Assembly (NCBI GenBank): GCA_934463035.1
Contig: CAKSIG010000003.1
Span: 96,049 to 160,048 of the forward strand
DNA from: an uncultured Eubacteriales bacterium
Lineage (GTDB): Bacteria > Bacillota > Clostridia > Oscillospirales > Acutalibacteraceae
Length of the DNA: 64,000 nucleotides
Direction of reading: 5' to 3'
Positions 33,670 through 42,586 of this stretch are shown here, in pieces; position 1 is the first letter of the stretch, and every line of letters begins with the position of its first letter. The position numbers were made by a program, and so were the translations under genes. The notes under the pieces were generated by a model. It made no database searches, was not told the DNA's origin, and was given only the letters and a program-made list of their open reading frames with translations.

Positions 33670-35389
33670 TGCTTGGTTCCTTCCTCAACTTGGGTATTCT
33701 TACTGTGACTGTCGTACCGACATCAAGCTCGCTGTTAATGGTAATTCCGTATGAATTACCAAAGTAAATGCGGAGTCTGTCGTTGACATTTTTTATACCT
33801 ATGCCGCCTGAATCGGTTCGTTCCTTGCTGAGTATACTGCGGCATTGCTCCTCGGTCATTCCCACTCCGTTGTCGCTGACTGTTATCAGTATATCGCCGT
33901 CATCCGATTGAACGTTTACCGTTATTCTGCCTTCATCTACCATACGGTCTATGCCGTGGTAAATTGCATTTTCTATAAGGGGCTGTATCGTTATTTTGTT
34001 GCAAAGGCAGTCTTCTAATTCGGGTTCAACATTGAACTCGTATGTGAATTGGTTTTTGTAGCGGTAGCTTTGAATTATAAGATAACTGCGCGCGTGCTGT
34101 ATTTCGTCCTTAATAGGTATCAGTTCTTTGTCGCGGCTTATACTTATCCTGAAAAGCCGCGCAAGCGCGCCGACCATTTTAATTGCGTCGTCCGTCTTCT
34201 TTTGCTCGCACATCCATTGAATGGAATCAAGAGTGTTATATAGGAAATGCGGATTTATCTGCGCCTGCAACGCTTTTAGCTCGGTTTTGCGCAGAGATAC
34301 TTCTTCTTCGCGCACCTGCTCCATAAGTTCCTTTGTCTTTTTAACCATTTGTTCATAGGAATCGGTTATAGTCTGCATTTCCGAAATAAGATTATTTTCG
34401 CTTTTATAACTGTAACTGTCGGGATCGGCTTCAAATTTTTTCATTTCGGATACTATTCGGAAAATAGGCCGCGAAAACCACCGTGAAAAAATAAACATAA
34501 TAAGAACTGTCATAAGAATACAACAGGTGAGTGATAGAGTAACGACCCTCGCGATTGCCTTAGAACGGGACTTTGCAAGGTCGCTTGTAAATCCTACGCC
34601 CACTACGCGCCAATTACTGCCTTGAAGTGATTTAATTGCATAGGCACGGTCTGATTTTTTATAATTGCCGTCTCTTAAATCCGAAAGTTCTTTAATCTCC
34701 TCGGTTTTTAAGCCCGAATATATCATCTGCTGTCTCGGGTGATATACTATGTCGCCCAAATCGTCGATTATATAACTGTATCCGTGCTGACCAATACCGA
34801 TATTGTCAATATACCGAGCTATGCCGATAAAACTAAGATCGATAGTGACGTATACATAATTTCCGAACAGAGGTTGATATTCCCGGTGTGCCATTGTAAC
34901 GACCCAAGGGTAATATTCTTCAAACATTGTCTGCACGTGGGGGACAGATACAATATATTCTCCGACAGCGCTGTTTTCAAAGAGCTTTCGGTTGAAAGCG
35001 ATATTGTTTGACAGATCTTCTTTTAAATTGGTTTTGTCCGACCCGTATAGTATTAAACTGCCGTCGGCGGCATATATGCTTGCTGCTTGTATATCGGTGT
35101 GAAGCACGGCAGAAATGTTGAGCCTTTCTTTTACCGACTCGGTGGTGTCAGCAGAGAGTATTTCGGTACTTAGTTGCTTTAAAATGGATTTAAGACTGTC
35201 AAGATAATTACTTACCATAAGACAGGTCTGTTCAACGGACTGTTCTGTGTTTGTCGTTATTTCGCGCGTTGTATCGCGGTTGTAAGCCGTAACAAACGAA
35301 CCCATGCTTGCAAGTATTGAGGCAGCAGCCGTAATAGCGACAAAGGTAACGGCCAATGAAGACAGGTGAAATTTCAAATGCTTTTTCAT
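33659..35389 (-). CDS. Sensor histidine kinase, YesM/LytS-type (His_kinase PF06580-like + HATPase)
   Basis: 576 aa. Two TMs flank a ~250-aa extracytoplasmic (Cache-like) domain, followed by a HAMP region. The H-box is LKALQAQINPHFLYNTLDSI, and the ATPase motifs are NAIYHG and DNGVGM. Confidence 0.85.
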   Translation of the reverse strand: MKKHLKFHLSSLAVTFVAITAAASILASMGSFVTAYNRDTTREITTNTEQSVEQTCLMVSNYLDSLKSILKQLSTEILSADTTESVKERLNISAVLHTDIQAASIYAADGSLILYGSDKTNLKEDLSNNIAFNRKLFENSAVGEYIVSVPHVQTMFEEYYPWVVTMAHREYQPLFGNYVYVTIDLSFIGIARYIDNIGIGQHGYSYIIDDLGDIVYHPRQQMIYSGLKTEEIKELSDLRDGNYKKSDRAYAIKSLQGSNWRVVGVGFTSDLAKSRSKAIARVVTLSLTCCILMTVLIMFIFSRWFSRPIFRIVSEMKKFEADPDSYSYKSENNLISEMQTITDSYEQMVKKTKELMEQVREEEVSLRKTELKALQAQINPHFLYNTLDSIQWMCEQKKTDDAIKMVGALARLFRISISRDKELIPIKDEIQHARSYLIIQSYRYKNQFTYEFNVEPELEDCLCNKITIQPLIENAIYHGIDRMVDEGRITVNVQSDDGDILITVSDNGVGMTEEQCRSILSKERTDSGGIGIKNVNDRLRIYFGNSYGITINSELDVGTTVTVRIPKLRKEPSNVL

Positions 35390-36975
35390 ATAACGTCGCC
35401 TCTTGCGCTCTCACGCATTTTATTCGGTGAAATCCCGTAATATTTTTTAAAACAATAGCTGAAATAGTGCTGGTCGCTGTATCCGCACCTTTCGGCTATT
35501 TCAAGTATTTTCATTTTTGAGCATATAAGCAGATCCTTTGCAACCGCCATACGCTTGTCGGTTACAAGCGTTACAAAGTTCTTCTTTTTTGTTTTCTTTA
35601 TTAGCGCGCTCAAATAATTCGGGCTTATGCTCAAACGTGTGCTGACATCGGTGAGTGAAAGCGTCTCGCTTGAATAGTCCTCCTCAATAATCTGCAACAC
35701 CTTGTCGCATAAAATTTCGGTTTCGTGCTTTTGATAGTGCGATATTATCTCTCTTGCGTTTATACATAAATTCGAGAGGTCGCTTTTTATATTTTCCTCA
35801 TAGTCGTAAAACGATATTTTCGAGTATATACTGTTTGAACTAAGAAGCTCGGAGACTGCTTCTTTTTCGGATACGGCGCTTACGGCTCTGTATACCGTAG
35901 CGAGTATTTCAATTACCATATAATCGGTGCCTTTTCGGCTTTTTTCAGAATAAAAATCACTCAAAAACGCCGTAAGGTCGTCCCTGGTTCCCACCTTTAA
36001 TAGCTGTTCAAGTGTGAAAAGTGATTTTTCTATGGAATCAAATTCGCGCTTTTCGCCGCGTTCTTGGTCGGCAATAAAGCGAATACTGCCTGCACCGTCA
36101 TTTGTGTAACGGTGTGCGGTTACGGCGTCAAAATAAGCGCCTCCGCATTGCGACAGAGCCGATACATCGCGGCTTATGCCTATCGTGCATTCCTGATTAA
36201 GTATTTTTTCGCTGCGTTGAACAAGCTCGGTGAGCGGCAGTCTTAACTGCTCCATATAATCGTTGCCGTCAATTACGGCAAGGGTCACAACAGCGCCGTT
36301 CACAAGGAAACTTTCGGCGTTGATGTATTTTTTCAGTATTGCGTCGGAAAAACCGATATGCGTTTCATCGGTACAAACTGTGCCGTCGGATAATTTGTAT
36401 TTTGAAACCGCCACCGCAAATGAGCAAGGCTTGATTTTATCAATTATTCCAAGCTCGGCGGCTCTGCGGTTAAGCAATCTGTCGTCAGGAGAGGATTCAT
36501 TCGTTCCGAGCAGCAACGGAAGCAAAAATTCAGTTATTTTAAGTCGGGTTGCTATGTTTTCGGTGCCGCGAAGACCGTATTGCCTTATTTCCTCGATCTT
36601 AGCGTCCATCTTCTCTTTTATTTTCAAAAGCTCCGAGAACATTTCATCAGCGGAAATCGGCTTTAACAGATAGCTTATTATATTGTACTGTATGGCGGCG
36701 CGGGCATATTGAAAATCGTCATATCCGCTCAGAATTACGATGTTTGTGGCAGGTCTTACCTCTCTGATTTTTGCCGCAAGTTCAAGACCCGTCATAAGCG
36801 GCATTCTAATGTCGGTCAGAACAAGGTCGGGTTTTAATTCTTCTACAAGTTCAAGGGCTTCAACACCGTTTTCGGCTCCGCCTACTACTTCAAATCCTGC
36901 GCGGTTCCAATCCACATTTTCTATAATGGCTTGTCTTAATTCAGCTTCATCGTCGGCAATAAGAACGGTATACAT
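35386..36975 (-). CDS. Response regulator with AraC-type HTH output (YesN-like)
   Basis: 529 aa. Receiver domain MYTVLIADDE...DLVLTDIRMP, and a C-terminal AraC HTH (LTDVSTRLSISPNYLSALIKK...CGYSDQHYFSYCFKKYYGISP). An ATGA overlap links it to the kinase gene. Confidence 0.9.
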   Translation of the reverse strand: MYTVLIADDEAELRQAIIENVDWNRAGFEVVGGAENGVEALELVEELKPDLVLTDIRMPLMTGLELAAKIREVRPATNIVILSGYDDFQYARAAIQYNIISYLLKPISADEMFSELLKIKEKMDAKIEEIRQYGLRGTENIATRLKITEFLLPLLLGTNESSPDDRLLNRRAAELGIIDKIKPCSFAVAVSKYKLSDGTVCTDETHIGFSDAILKKYINAESFLVNGAVVTLAVIDGNDYMEQLRLPLTELVQRSEKILNQECTIGISRDVSALSQCGGAYFDAVTAHRYTNDGAGSIRFIADQERGEKREFDSIEKSLFTLEQLLKVGTRDDLTAFLSDFYSEKSRKGTDYMVIEILATVYRAVSAVSEKEAVSELLSSNSIYSKISFYDYEENIKSDLSNLCINAREIISHYQKHETEILCDKVLQIIEEDYSSETLSLTDVSTRLSISPNYLSALIKKTKKKNFVTLVTDKRMAVAKDLLICSKMKILEIAERCGYSDQHYFSYCFKKYYGISPNKMRESARGDVI

Positions 36976-37036
36976 ATAAACCCTCCGTTTGTAAGTAATC
37001 TACCTTTATTTTAATATAAAAATGCAAAACTATCAA

Positions 37037-37075
37037 CAAAAAAATACATCTTGTCACGTTTGGGGCAAGATGTAT
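37037..37075 (-). terminator. Rho-independent terminator after the HAD hydrolase gene
   Basis: On the minus strand: ATACATCTTG / CAAGATGTAT stem followed by TTTTTTT. Confidence 0.75.
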
Positions 37076-37081
37076 CAGTGT

Positions 37082-37738
37082 TTATATTTTGCTTTTTAAT
37101 ATTTCAATAAGTTCGTCGGGGTTTTCCGCTGTATAAGCGGCGCCGTTTTTTATAAGCTCGTCCTTAGTTCTGAACCCCCAGAGAACGCCTATCGGCAATG
37201 CACCCACATTTACTGCAACTGCCATATCCATACCTGAGTCGCCTACAAATGCGCAGTCGCCGGGTTCTGCGCCCAATTCCTTTATAATTTGCAGCGTGAG
37301 CTTAGGGTTTGGTTTTGCGGGGTAACCTTCACGCTTTCCCGCAACCGTATCAAAAATATCGCCGAATAATTTTGATACGACCTTTTCAGCCATTTCCTGC
37401 GCCTTGTTTGATATTACCGCAGTTTTAACGCCTTGTTTCCGTAAAAAGTTTATTAACTCGGGCATATTCTTATATGCGTATGTCTTGTCGTGATAATGCC
37501 CCCTGTAACGCGCCATAAATATATCAAGACATTTCTTTTCGGTTTCATCTGTCCTTGCGCTTTCAGGCAAAGCGCGCTCTATGAGCTTTGGTATTCCGTC
37601 GCCGACAAAATAGTTGTATTCGTCTGTTTTATGGGTAGGGAAGCCTAATGCGCAAAGTGCGTAGTTTGTGCTGTCAGCCAGATCTTCAAGCGAATTGACA
37701 AGTGTTCCGTCTAAATCAAATAATACTGCCTTAATCAT
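37082..37738 (-). CDS. HAD-IA hydrolase (phosphoglycolate phosphatase-like)
   Basis: The start is at 37738 (MIKAVLFDLDGTLVNS, DxDxT motif) after an AAGAGGTG RBS, so the track start at 37801 is an extension. Also SNK and GDSGMD motifs. Confidence 0.8.
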   Translation of the reverse strand: MIKAVLFDLDGTLVNSLEDLADSTNYALCALGFPTHKTDEYNYFVGDGIPKLIERALPESARTDETEKKCLDIFMARYRGHYHDKTYAYKNMPELINFLRKQGVKTAVISNKAQEMAEKVVSKLFGDIFDTVAGKREGYPAKPNPKLTLQIIKELGAEPGDCAFVGDSGMDMAVAVNVGALPIGVLWGFRTKDELIKNGAAYTAENPDELIEILKSKI

Positions 37739-37820
37739 TGTAGCACCTCTTAAAAACGTTGATATTATTATATACCGTGTCAGGGGAATTGTAAATATCA
37801 ATCTTGCGGTACATCATTAT

Positions 37821-37853
37821 GAAAATTGTGCTTAATTATATAAAAATTGCTGT
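37821..37853 (+). repeat. Direct repeat pair GAAAATTGTGCT / AAAAATTGCTGT, 21-bp phased, abutting the -35 of the AraC gene (candidate AraC-type operator)
   Basis: AATTG cores start at 37824 and 37845. The string TATAAAAATTGCT is shared exactly with the GH3 upstream region (40427-40439). A candidate promoter TTTACT (37853-37858), 17 nt, TATTAT (37876-37881) follows. Confidence 0.45.
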
Positions 37854-37894
37854 TTACTATTTTTGCATAAGGTGATATTATATAACAAAAGGAA

Positions 37895-38725
37895 GTGGAC
37901 GCCTTGAACAAGTTTGAAGTGGTTAAAACCGCATTTACACCTGTTGAATGGTGGAAAAACGATATTGGCATAGTTACCTCCTGCGGCAGGGGGAATACCT
38001 ATTATCCGTATAATTTTACAAGAGCCCTGTCCGATACTTTGCTCTTGCTTTATACAACCTCAGGTAAGGGATTTCTTGAATATAAGGGCAGGAACTATAC
38101 GCTTGGCGTCGGCGATGTATTTATAATAGATTGCTACGAATTTCAGAGATACGGCGCTTTTGATAAAAATTGGGATTTTATATTTGTTCATCTCAATAAG
38201 AAGGAAATTATAATGCCTTATTACGAGGCAATAACCAACGGGGGCACCTCAGCGTTGTTTCATTATCCCGCCTTTAAAAAGGAGTGTTGGGATAGGGTTG
38301 ATGAGTTTATAAAGAATAACGACGTTGATTCGATGTATAAGTCCTCGGTAAGCGTAATCAATTTTATGCTGAATTTACTGCTTATAAATAAAACTAATAT
38401 ACCCGAAAATTTCAGCAAAATTTCGGGATATATGCGGGAACACTATAACGAAAATATAAGCGTTGACGCGCTTGCCGAAGCGGCGCATTTAAGCAAGTAT
38501 CATTTTATACGCCGTTTTAAAAAGTATTACGGCTCCACACCGCACGAATATATGGTGCTGTGCCGTATCGACAACGCTAAGAATTTACTTATCAATACCG
38601 AAACCACGATAGAGGAAATAGCGGAAATCTGCGGTTTTTCATCGCTGTCCGCTTTCAGCCTGTGTTTTAAAAACTCGGTAGGCATTAATCCAACCGAGTT
38701 CAGAAAACAGTTTAAATTGGTATAA
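37895..38725 (+). CDS. AraC-family transcriptional regulator (cupin-like sensor + HTH)
   Basis: 276 aa. C-terminal AraC HTH LAEAAHLSKYHFIRRFKKYYGSTPHEY...CGFSSLSAFSLCFKNSVGINPTEFR. GTG start. Confidence 0.85.
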   Translation: MDALNKFEVVKTAFTPVEWWKNDIGIVTSCGRGNTYYPYNFTRALSDTLLLLYTTSGKGFLEYKGRNYTLGVGDVFIIDCYEFQRYGAFDKNWDFIFVHLNKKEIIMPYYEAITNGGTSALFHYPAFKKECWDRVDEFIKNNDVDSMYKSSVSVINFMLNLLLINKTNIPENFSKISGYMREHYNENISVDALAEAAHLSKYHFIRRFKKYYGSTPHEYMVLCRIDNAKNLLINTETTIEEIAEICGFSSLSAFSLCFKNSVGINPTEFRKQFKLV

Positions 38726-38761
38726 TTAAGTCCGAGTGAGATACACTCGGACTTAATTTTT
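38726..38761. terminator. Bidirectional terminator between the AraC gene and the convergent GH3 gene
   Basis: TTAAGTCCGAGTG / CACTCGGACTTAA 13-bp stem followed by TTTTT. Confidence 0.8.
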
Positions 38762-40355
38762 AAATATTCATAGGTAATTTTCCGCAGAACGGTCTTTCAC
38801 CGTAAATTGCGTCAACAGCGTCGCTTAAACATAATTTGTCGGGATATGTGTGGATTGCTGTATCGGCAAGCGGGAAGTATTCGGTTAAATAGTGAGGTGT
38901 GCCGATAACCATTACTACCGTCTTGTCCTCGTCAAAGCGCTGTGCCGAATGAAGATTAACAAGCTCCCTTGAATATAACGGAAGAGCCGAATGTGAAAAG
39001 GCACAGTAAACTATTAGGTCGTAATCGCGGTCAATTTCACCCGCCTCATAGTCTTCAAGATATACGTCCCATTTGCGGCGCAAATCTACTTCCGCACCGT
39101 GTTTTTTGAACTCATCGGCTATAAAATCAGCAAGCCTGTCCGCATAATCTCTGCCTTCCATAAGGTATTCAACGCCTGTGATTATACGCACCTTTTTTAT
39201 TTTGTTGCCGTCTATCGGAAGCAGGTTGAGTTTGTTTTTATATAATGTCGCGCTTTTTGCCGCAAGCCTGCTCTGTGTTTCTTTTGCAAACTCTAACGAA
39301 CTGTCATACTGCTCAGGAATAGCCCCGAAATCGGGAATGGTTTCTTTAAGAGCCTGAATACGGGTCACAGCGTCATCAAGACGCGACATCGGTATCTCGC
39401 CGTTTGTAATCGCTTTTTCTATAAGCTCAGCAGTTTCCTCACGCGGCCAAAGCATCATATCAAGACCTGCTTTAAACGCCTCGACCTCAGCTTTTCTGCG
39501 GTCGAATTTCCAGCGCACAAAACCGCCCATATCCATAGCGTCTGTGATGGCGACGCCCTTAAAACCAAGCTCGTCTTTGAGAAGACGCATAGCGTCAGCA
39601 GAGAGTGAGGCAGGGGGATAAACCCCGTCTATCGCGTCGTTTTGGAAGGCGGGAACCGAAATATGTCCGACCATAACCGCCATCATACCCGCATTAAATG
39701 CTGACCTGTATATCTTTCCGTAGCTTTCAAGCCATTCTTCCTTTGAAAGATTGTTGACGCTGCCGACAATGTGTTGATTGCGCGCGTCGCATCCGTCGCC
39801 CGGGAAGTGCTTTCCCGTTGTCAAAACGCCGTGATCCTGAAATCCCTTAATTTCTTCGGTAAGCATTTCGGCTTGAAGCTGAGGGTCGTTGGATATACTC
39901 CTGTTACGCACAATTTCGTTGAATTTATTGAAAGTCATATCGCAAACGGGTGCAAATGCCCAGTTCACACCGACTGTGCGGCACTGCTGCGCTATGGCTT
40001 TGCCGTAATCGTATGCGAGCGACTTGTCGCGTGAAGAACCAATCGCCATAGGAGGGGGAAGCGGTATGTAATCCTCGCCCAAAAAGCCCGTGCTTTGCTC
40101 TGAATCGGCGGCAACAAGCAACGGAATTTTGGAGTATTTCTGATATTCGCCTATTAATTCGGCAAATTTCTTTCGGTCAATTGATTTATCGTCTCGAAGT
40201 TCATTGCAGATGAAGATACCGCCTACGGGATATTTTTCCATAAAGTTCTTTATGGAACCGTACTGCGCGATATGCTTTTTCGGATTTGCCTTAACAACCA
40301 TCATCTGACAAATTTTTTCGTGGAGTGTAAGTTTGCTCAGGTCCATTGTCAACAC
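38760..40355 (-). CDS. Glycoside hydrolase family 3 (beta-N-acetylhexosaminidase/beta-glucosidase-like), cytoplasmic
   Basis: 531 aa with no signal peptide. GH3 motifs are KHFPGDG and the nucleophile region GVAITDAMDMGG. Confidence 0.8.
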   Translation of the reverse strand: MLTMDLSKLTLHEKICQMMVVKANPKKHIAQYGSIKNFMEKYPVGGIFICNELRDDKSIDRKKFAELIGEYQKYSKIPLLVAADSEQSTGFLGEDYIPLPPPMAIGSSRDKSLAYDYGKAIAQQCRTVGVNWAFAPVCDMTFNKFNEIVRNRSISNDPQLQAEMLTEEIKGFQDHGVLTTGKHFPGDGCDARNQHIVGSVNNLSKEEWLESYGKIYRSAFNAGMMAVMVGHISVPAFQNDAIDGVYPPASLSADAMRLLKDELGFKGVAITDAMDMGGFVRWKFDRRKAEVEAFKAGLDMMLWPREETAELIEKAITNGEIPMSRLDDAVTRIQALKETIPDFGAIPEQYDSSLEFAKETQSRLAAKSATLYKNKLNLLPIDGNKIKKVRIITGVEYLMEGRDYADRLADFIADEFKKHGAEVDLRRKWDVYLEDYEAGEIDRDYDLIVYCAFSHSALPLYSRELVNLHSAQRFDEDKTVVMVIGTPHYLTEYFPLADTAIHTYPDKLCLSDAVDAIYGERPFCGKLPMNI

Positions 40356-40408
40356 CTCTTTAAATTTCTGGTTTTATAATATCATTTTCAAAGTAGTTTA
40401 TAAATATC

Positions 40409-40441
40409 GGTAATTGCTCTATATTTTATAAAAATTGCTCT
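40409..40441 (+). repeat. Direct repeat pair GGTAATTGCTCT / AAAAATTGCTCT, 21-bp phased, upstream of the GH3 gene
   Basis: AATTGCTCT occurs at 40412-40420 and 40433-40441. It has the same core and the same 21-bp spacing as the pair at 37821-37853. Confidence 0.45.
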
Positions 40442-40450
40442 CAAATACAT

Positions 40451-40487
40451 AAAAAATGAGCCTTGCCGCGCAAATGTCGGCAAGACC
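40451..40487 (-). terminator. Rho-independent terminator after the FumB-beta-like gene
   Basis: On the minus strand: CTTGCCG / CGGCAAG stem followed by CTCATTTTTT. Confidence 0.6.
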
Positions 40488-40502
40488 TTTGTAATATGCG
40501 AG

Positions 40503-41036
40503 TTATTTTCTTTTAAATAAATTGCCGCCGTGCGAGTCAATGCCCACAATAAGCGGAAAGCCGCTGAATTCCAATCGCTTTACCGATTCACAGCCGAGGT
40601 CGCCGAACGCTATAACGTCGCACTTTTTTATTTTGAGCGCCGCAAGCGCGCCTGCGCCGCCTATTGCGCATAGATATACGGAATTGTTGCGTAATATTGC
40701 GTCAATAACCTGTTCGTTTCTTGCGCCCTTTCCGATAGTGGCGCAAAGTCCCATGTCAAGGAGGGTCGGCGTATACGGATCCATACGCATTGAGGTGGTA
40801 GGTCCGCAACTGCCTATCGCCATTCCGTTCGGCGTTGGGGTGGGACCCGCATAGTAAATTACGGCGTCTTTAATATTAAAGGGAAGCGGCTCACCGCTTT
40901 TCAGCAATTCAAATATGCGTTTGTGCGCGGCGTCGCGCGCCGTATATACCGTGCCCGAAAGACAAACTCTGTCTCCCGCATTCAAAACCTTGCAATAATT
41001 GCGTAACTCACCGCAATTTATACTGTATTCTTTCAT
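40503..41036 (-). CDS. Fe-S hydro-lyase beta subunit (class I fumarate hydratase / L(+)-tartrate dehydratase C-terminal domain), no alpha subunit adjacent
   Basis: 177 aa. LSGTVYTARDAAHKRI...IYYAGPTP...GSCGPTTSMRMDPYTPTLLDMGLCATIGKGARN...GGAGAL matches the FumA-C/TtdB signature. Confidence 0.8.
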   Translation of the reverse strand: MKEYSINCGELRNYCKVLNAGDRVCLSGTVYTARDAAHKRIFELLKSGEPLPFNIKDAVIYYAGPTPTPNGMAIGSCGPTTSMRMDPYTPTLLDMGLCATIGKGARNEQVIDAILRNNSVYLCAIGGAGALAALKIKKCDVIAFGDLGCESVKRLEFSGFPLIVGIDSHGGNLFKRK

Positions 41037-41581
41037 TTTACGATACTGTTGTAAAGCTCCTCAAATTCATTGCTGTGCTTACAGCTCTCAACGCTCATAT
41101 CCTGTATTTGGCGCTTTGTTTCTGCAAGAGAATTCATAAGCTCGTCCACCTTGCCTGCAAATTCGTCCGACGTTTTAAGTATTTTTTCTTTGAGTGAATC
41201 AAGCGATTCGTGCGCCGAATCAATCGAGCCTACGTTGCGTTCCACTTCATCGGCGGCAAGCTCGCTGCTGCGTGCAGCATTGTCCATAATCGCTCTCGCA
41301 TTCGCCTGCGCAACAAGATAGAGTTTTCCGATATTGTCCGACAGTCGGCGGATTTCGTCATACTTTTCGTTAAATTCGTTAAGCTCGGCGGAAATGCGTT
41401 CCTTTTCCGCATTGAGTTTTTCACATTCTTCTTTTGAAAGATTTAATTCGTTATTTAATTCTTCAACCTTGCAGTTCAAGGCTGATTCCTTATCAACAAA
41501 CGCGTGATGAGTTTTCTCTATGTAGTTTATAACATCTTCGCAATTAAAGCCGAATAAACTTTTACGAAAGCCTATACCCAT
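41033..41581 (-). CDS. DivIVA-domain coiled-coil protein
   Basis: The start is at 41581 (MGIGFRKSLFGFNCEDVINYIEK..., which matches the DivIVA N-terminal F.k...GY..eeV..fl pattern) after an AGGGGG RBS. The rest is predicted coiled coil. The stop overlaps the next gene's start (ATGA). Confidence 0.6.
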   Translation of the reverse strand: MGIGFRKSLFGFNCEDVINYIEKTHHAFVDKESALNCKVEELNNELNLSKEECEKLNAEKERISAELNEFNEKYDEIRRLSDNIGKLYLVAQANARAIMDNAARSSELAADEVERNVGSIDSAHESLDSLKEKILKTSDEFAGKVDELMNSLAETKRQIQDMSVESCKHSNEFEELYNSIVK

Positions 41582-41729
41582 ATTATGACCCCCTAATATC
41601 TCTGTCATTATAACAAATTATCGGGTATATTACAAGTTTTTCGTTAAAATAACATTAAGTTTTTAATTTTGACTTGAATTGACACCGCCGAGACAATATA
41701 ATAAATAAAAAACTTTTTCGGGGAATGTT

Positions 41730-42566
41730 ATGGAAAAACGAAAATTAACCAGAGCGCAGGAAGCACAGCGCAGTATAATAAAAAAATACCGCAAAGCAAT
41801 ATGGAATAACTTTGTCGGGGCGATAAAGGAATATCAGCTTATAAGCGCGGGGGATAAAATTGCGGTTTGCATATCGGGCGGTAAGGATTCTATGCTGCTT
41901 GCAAAGTGTTTTGAGCAGTTGTCGCTCCATTCGGACGTTCCGTTTGAAGTTGTTTACCTTTCAATGGACCCCGGGTATAACGCCGAAAACAGAAAACTGC
42001 TTGAACATAATGCTGAAATACTCGGAATAGACCTTAAAATATTTGAGAGCGATATTTTTGAAGTGACTGAGCGCGTCGGCGGTTCGCCTTGCTATTTGTG
42101 CGCGCGTATGCGCAGGGGCTGGCTTTACAGTAAGGCTCGCGAACTTGGCTGTAATAAAATAGCGCTCGGACACCATCTTGACGATGTTATCGAAACGCTT
42201 TTAATGAGTATGATGTATGCTTCGGAAATTAAAACAATGCTCCCTAAATTACACAGCACCAATTTTGAGGGTATGGAGCTTATACGCCCGCTTTATAAGG
42301 TAAAGGAACGCGATATAATAGCCTGGTCAAATTATAACGGGCTTAACTTTTTGCAATGTGCCTGCCGATTTACCGAGGAAAGCGAGCATAACGAACAACT
42401 TTCAAAGCGCAAGGAAATAAAGGCGCTTATAAAGGAAATAAAAAAAGTAAACCCAAATGTAGACGATAATATTTTCAGGAGCCTGCATAACGTAAATCTT
42501 GCCACACTTCCCGGTTTCCGCGACTGCGACTGCGGCGAATGGCACAGCTATCTTGAAAATTATTAA
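41730..42566 (+). CDS. ttcA: PP-loop ATPase, tRNA 2-thiocytidine synthase TtcA-like
   Basis: 278 aa. PP-loop CISGGKDS, Cys motifs PCYLCARMRRG and LQCACRF, and the GHHLDD motif. Confidence 0.65.
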   Translation: MEKRKLTRAQEAQRSIIKKYRKAIWNNFVGAIKEYQLISAGDKIAVCISGGKDSMLLAKCFEQLSLHSDVPFEVVYLSMDPGYNAENRKLLEHNAEILGIDLKIFESDIFEVTERVGGSPCYLCARMRRGWLYSKARELGCNKIALGHHLDDVIETLLMSMMYASEIKTMLPKLHSTNFEGMELIRPLYKVKERDIIAWSNYNGLNFLQCACRFTEESEHNEQLSKRKEIKALIKEIKKVNPNVDDNIFRSLHNVNLATLPGFRDCDCGEWHSYLENY

Positions 42567-42586
42567 TTCATATTGTTTAATAGCGT

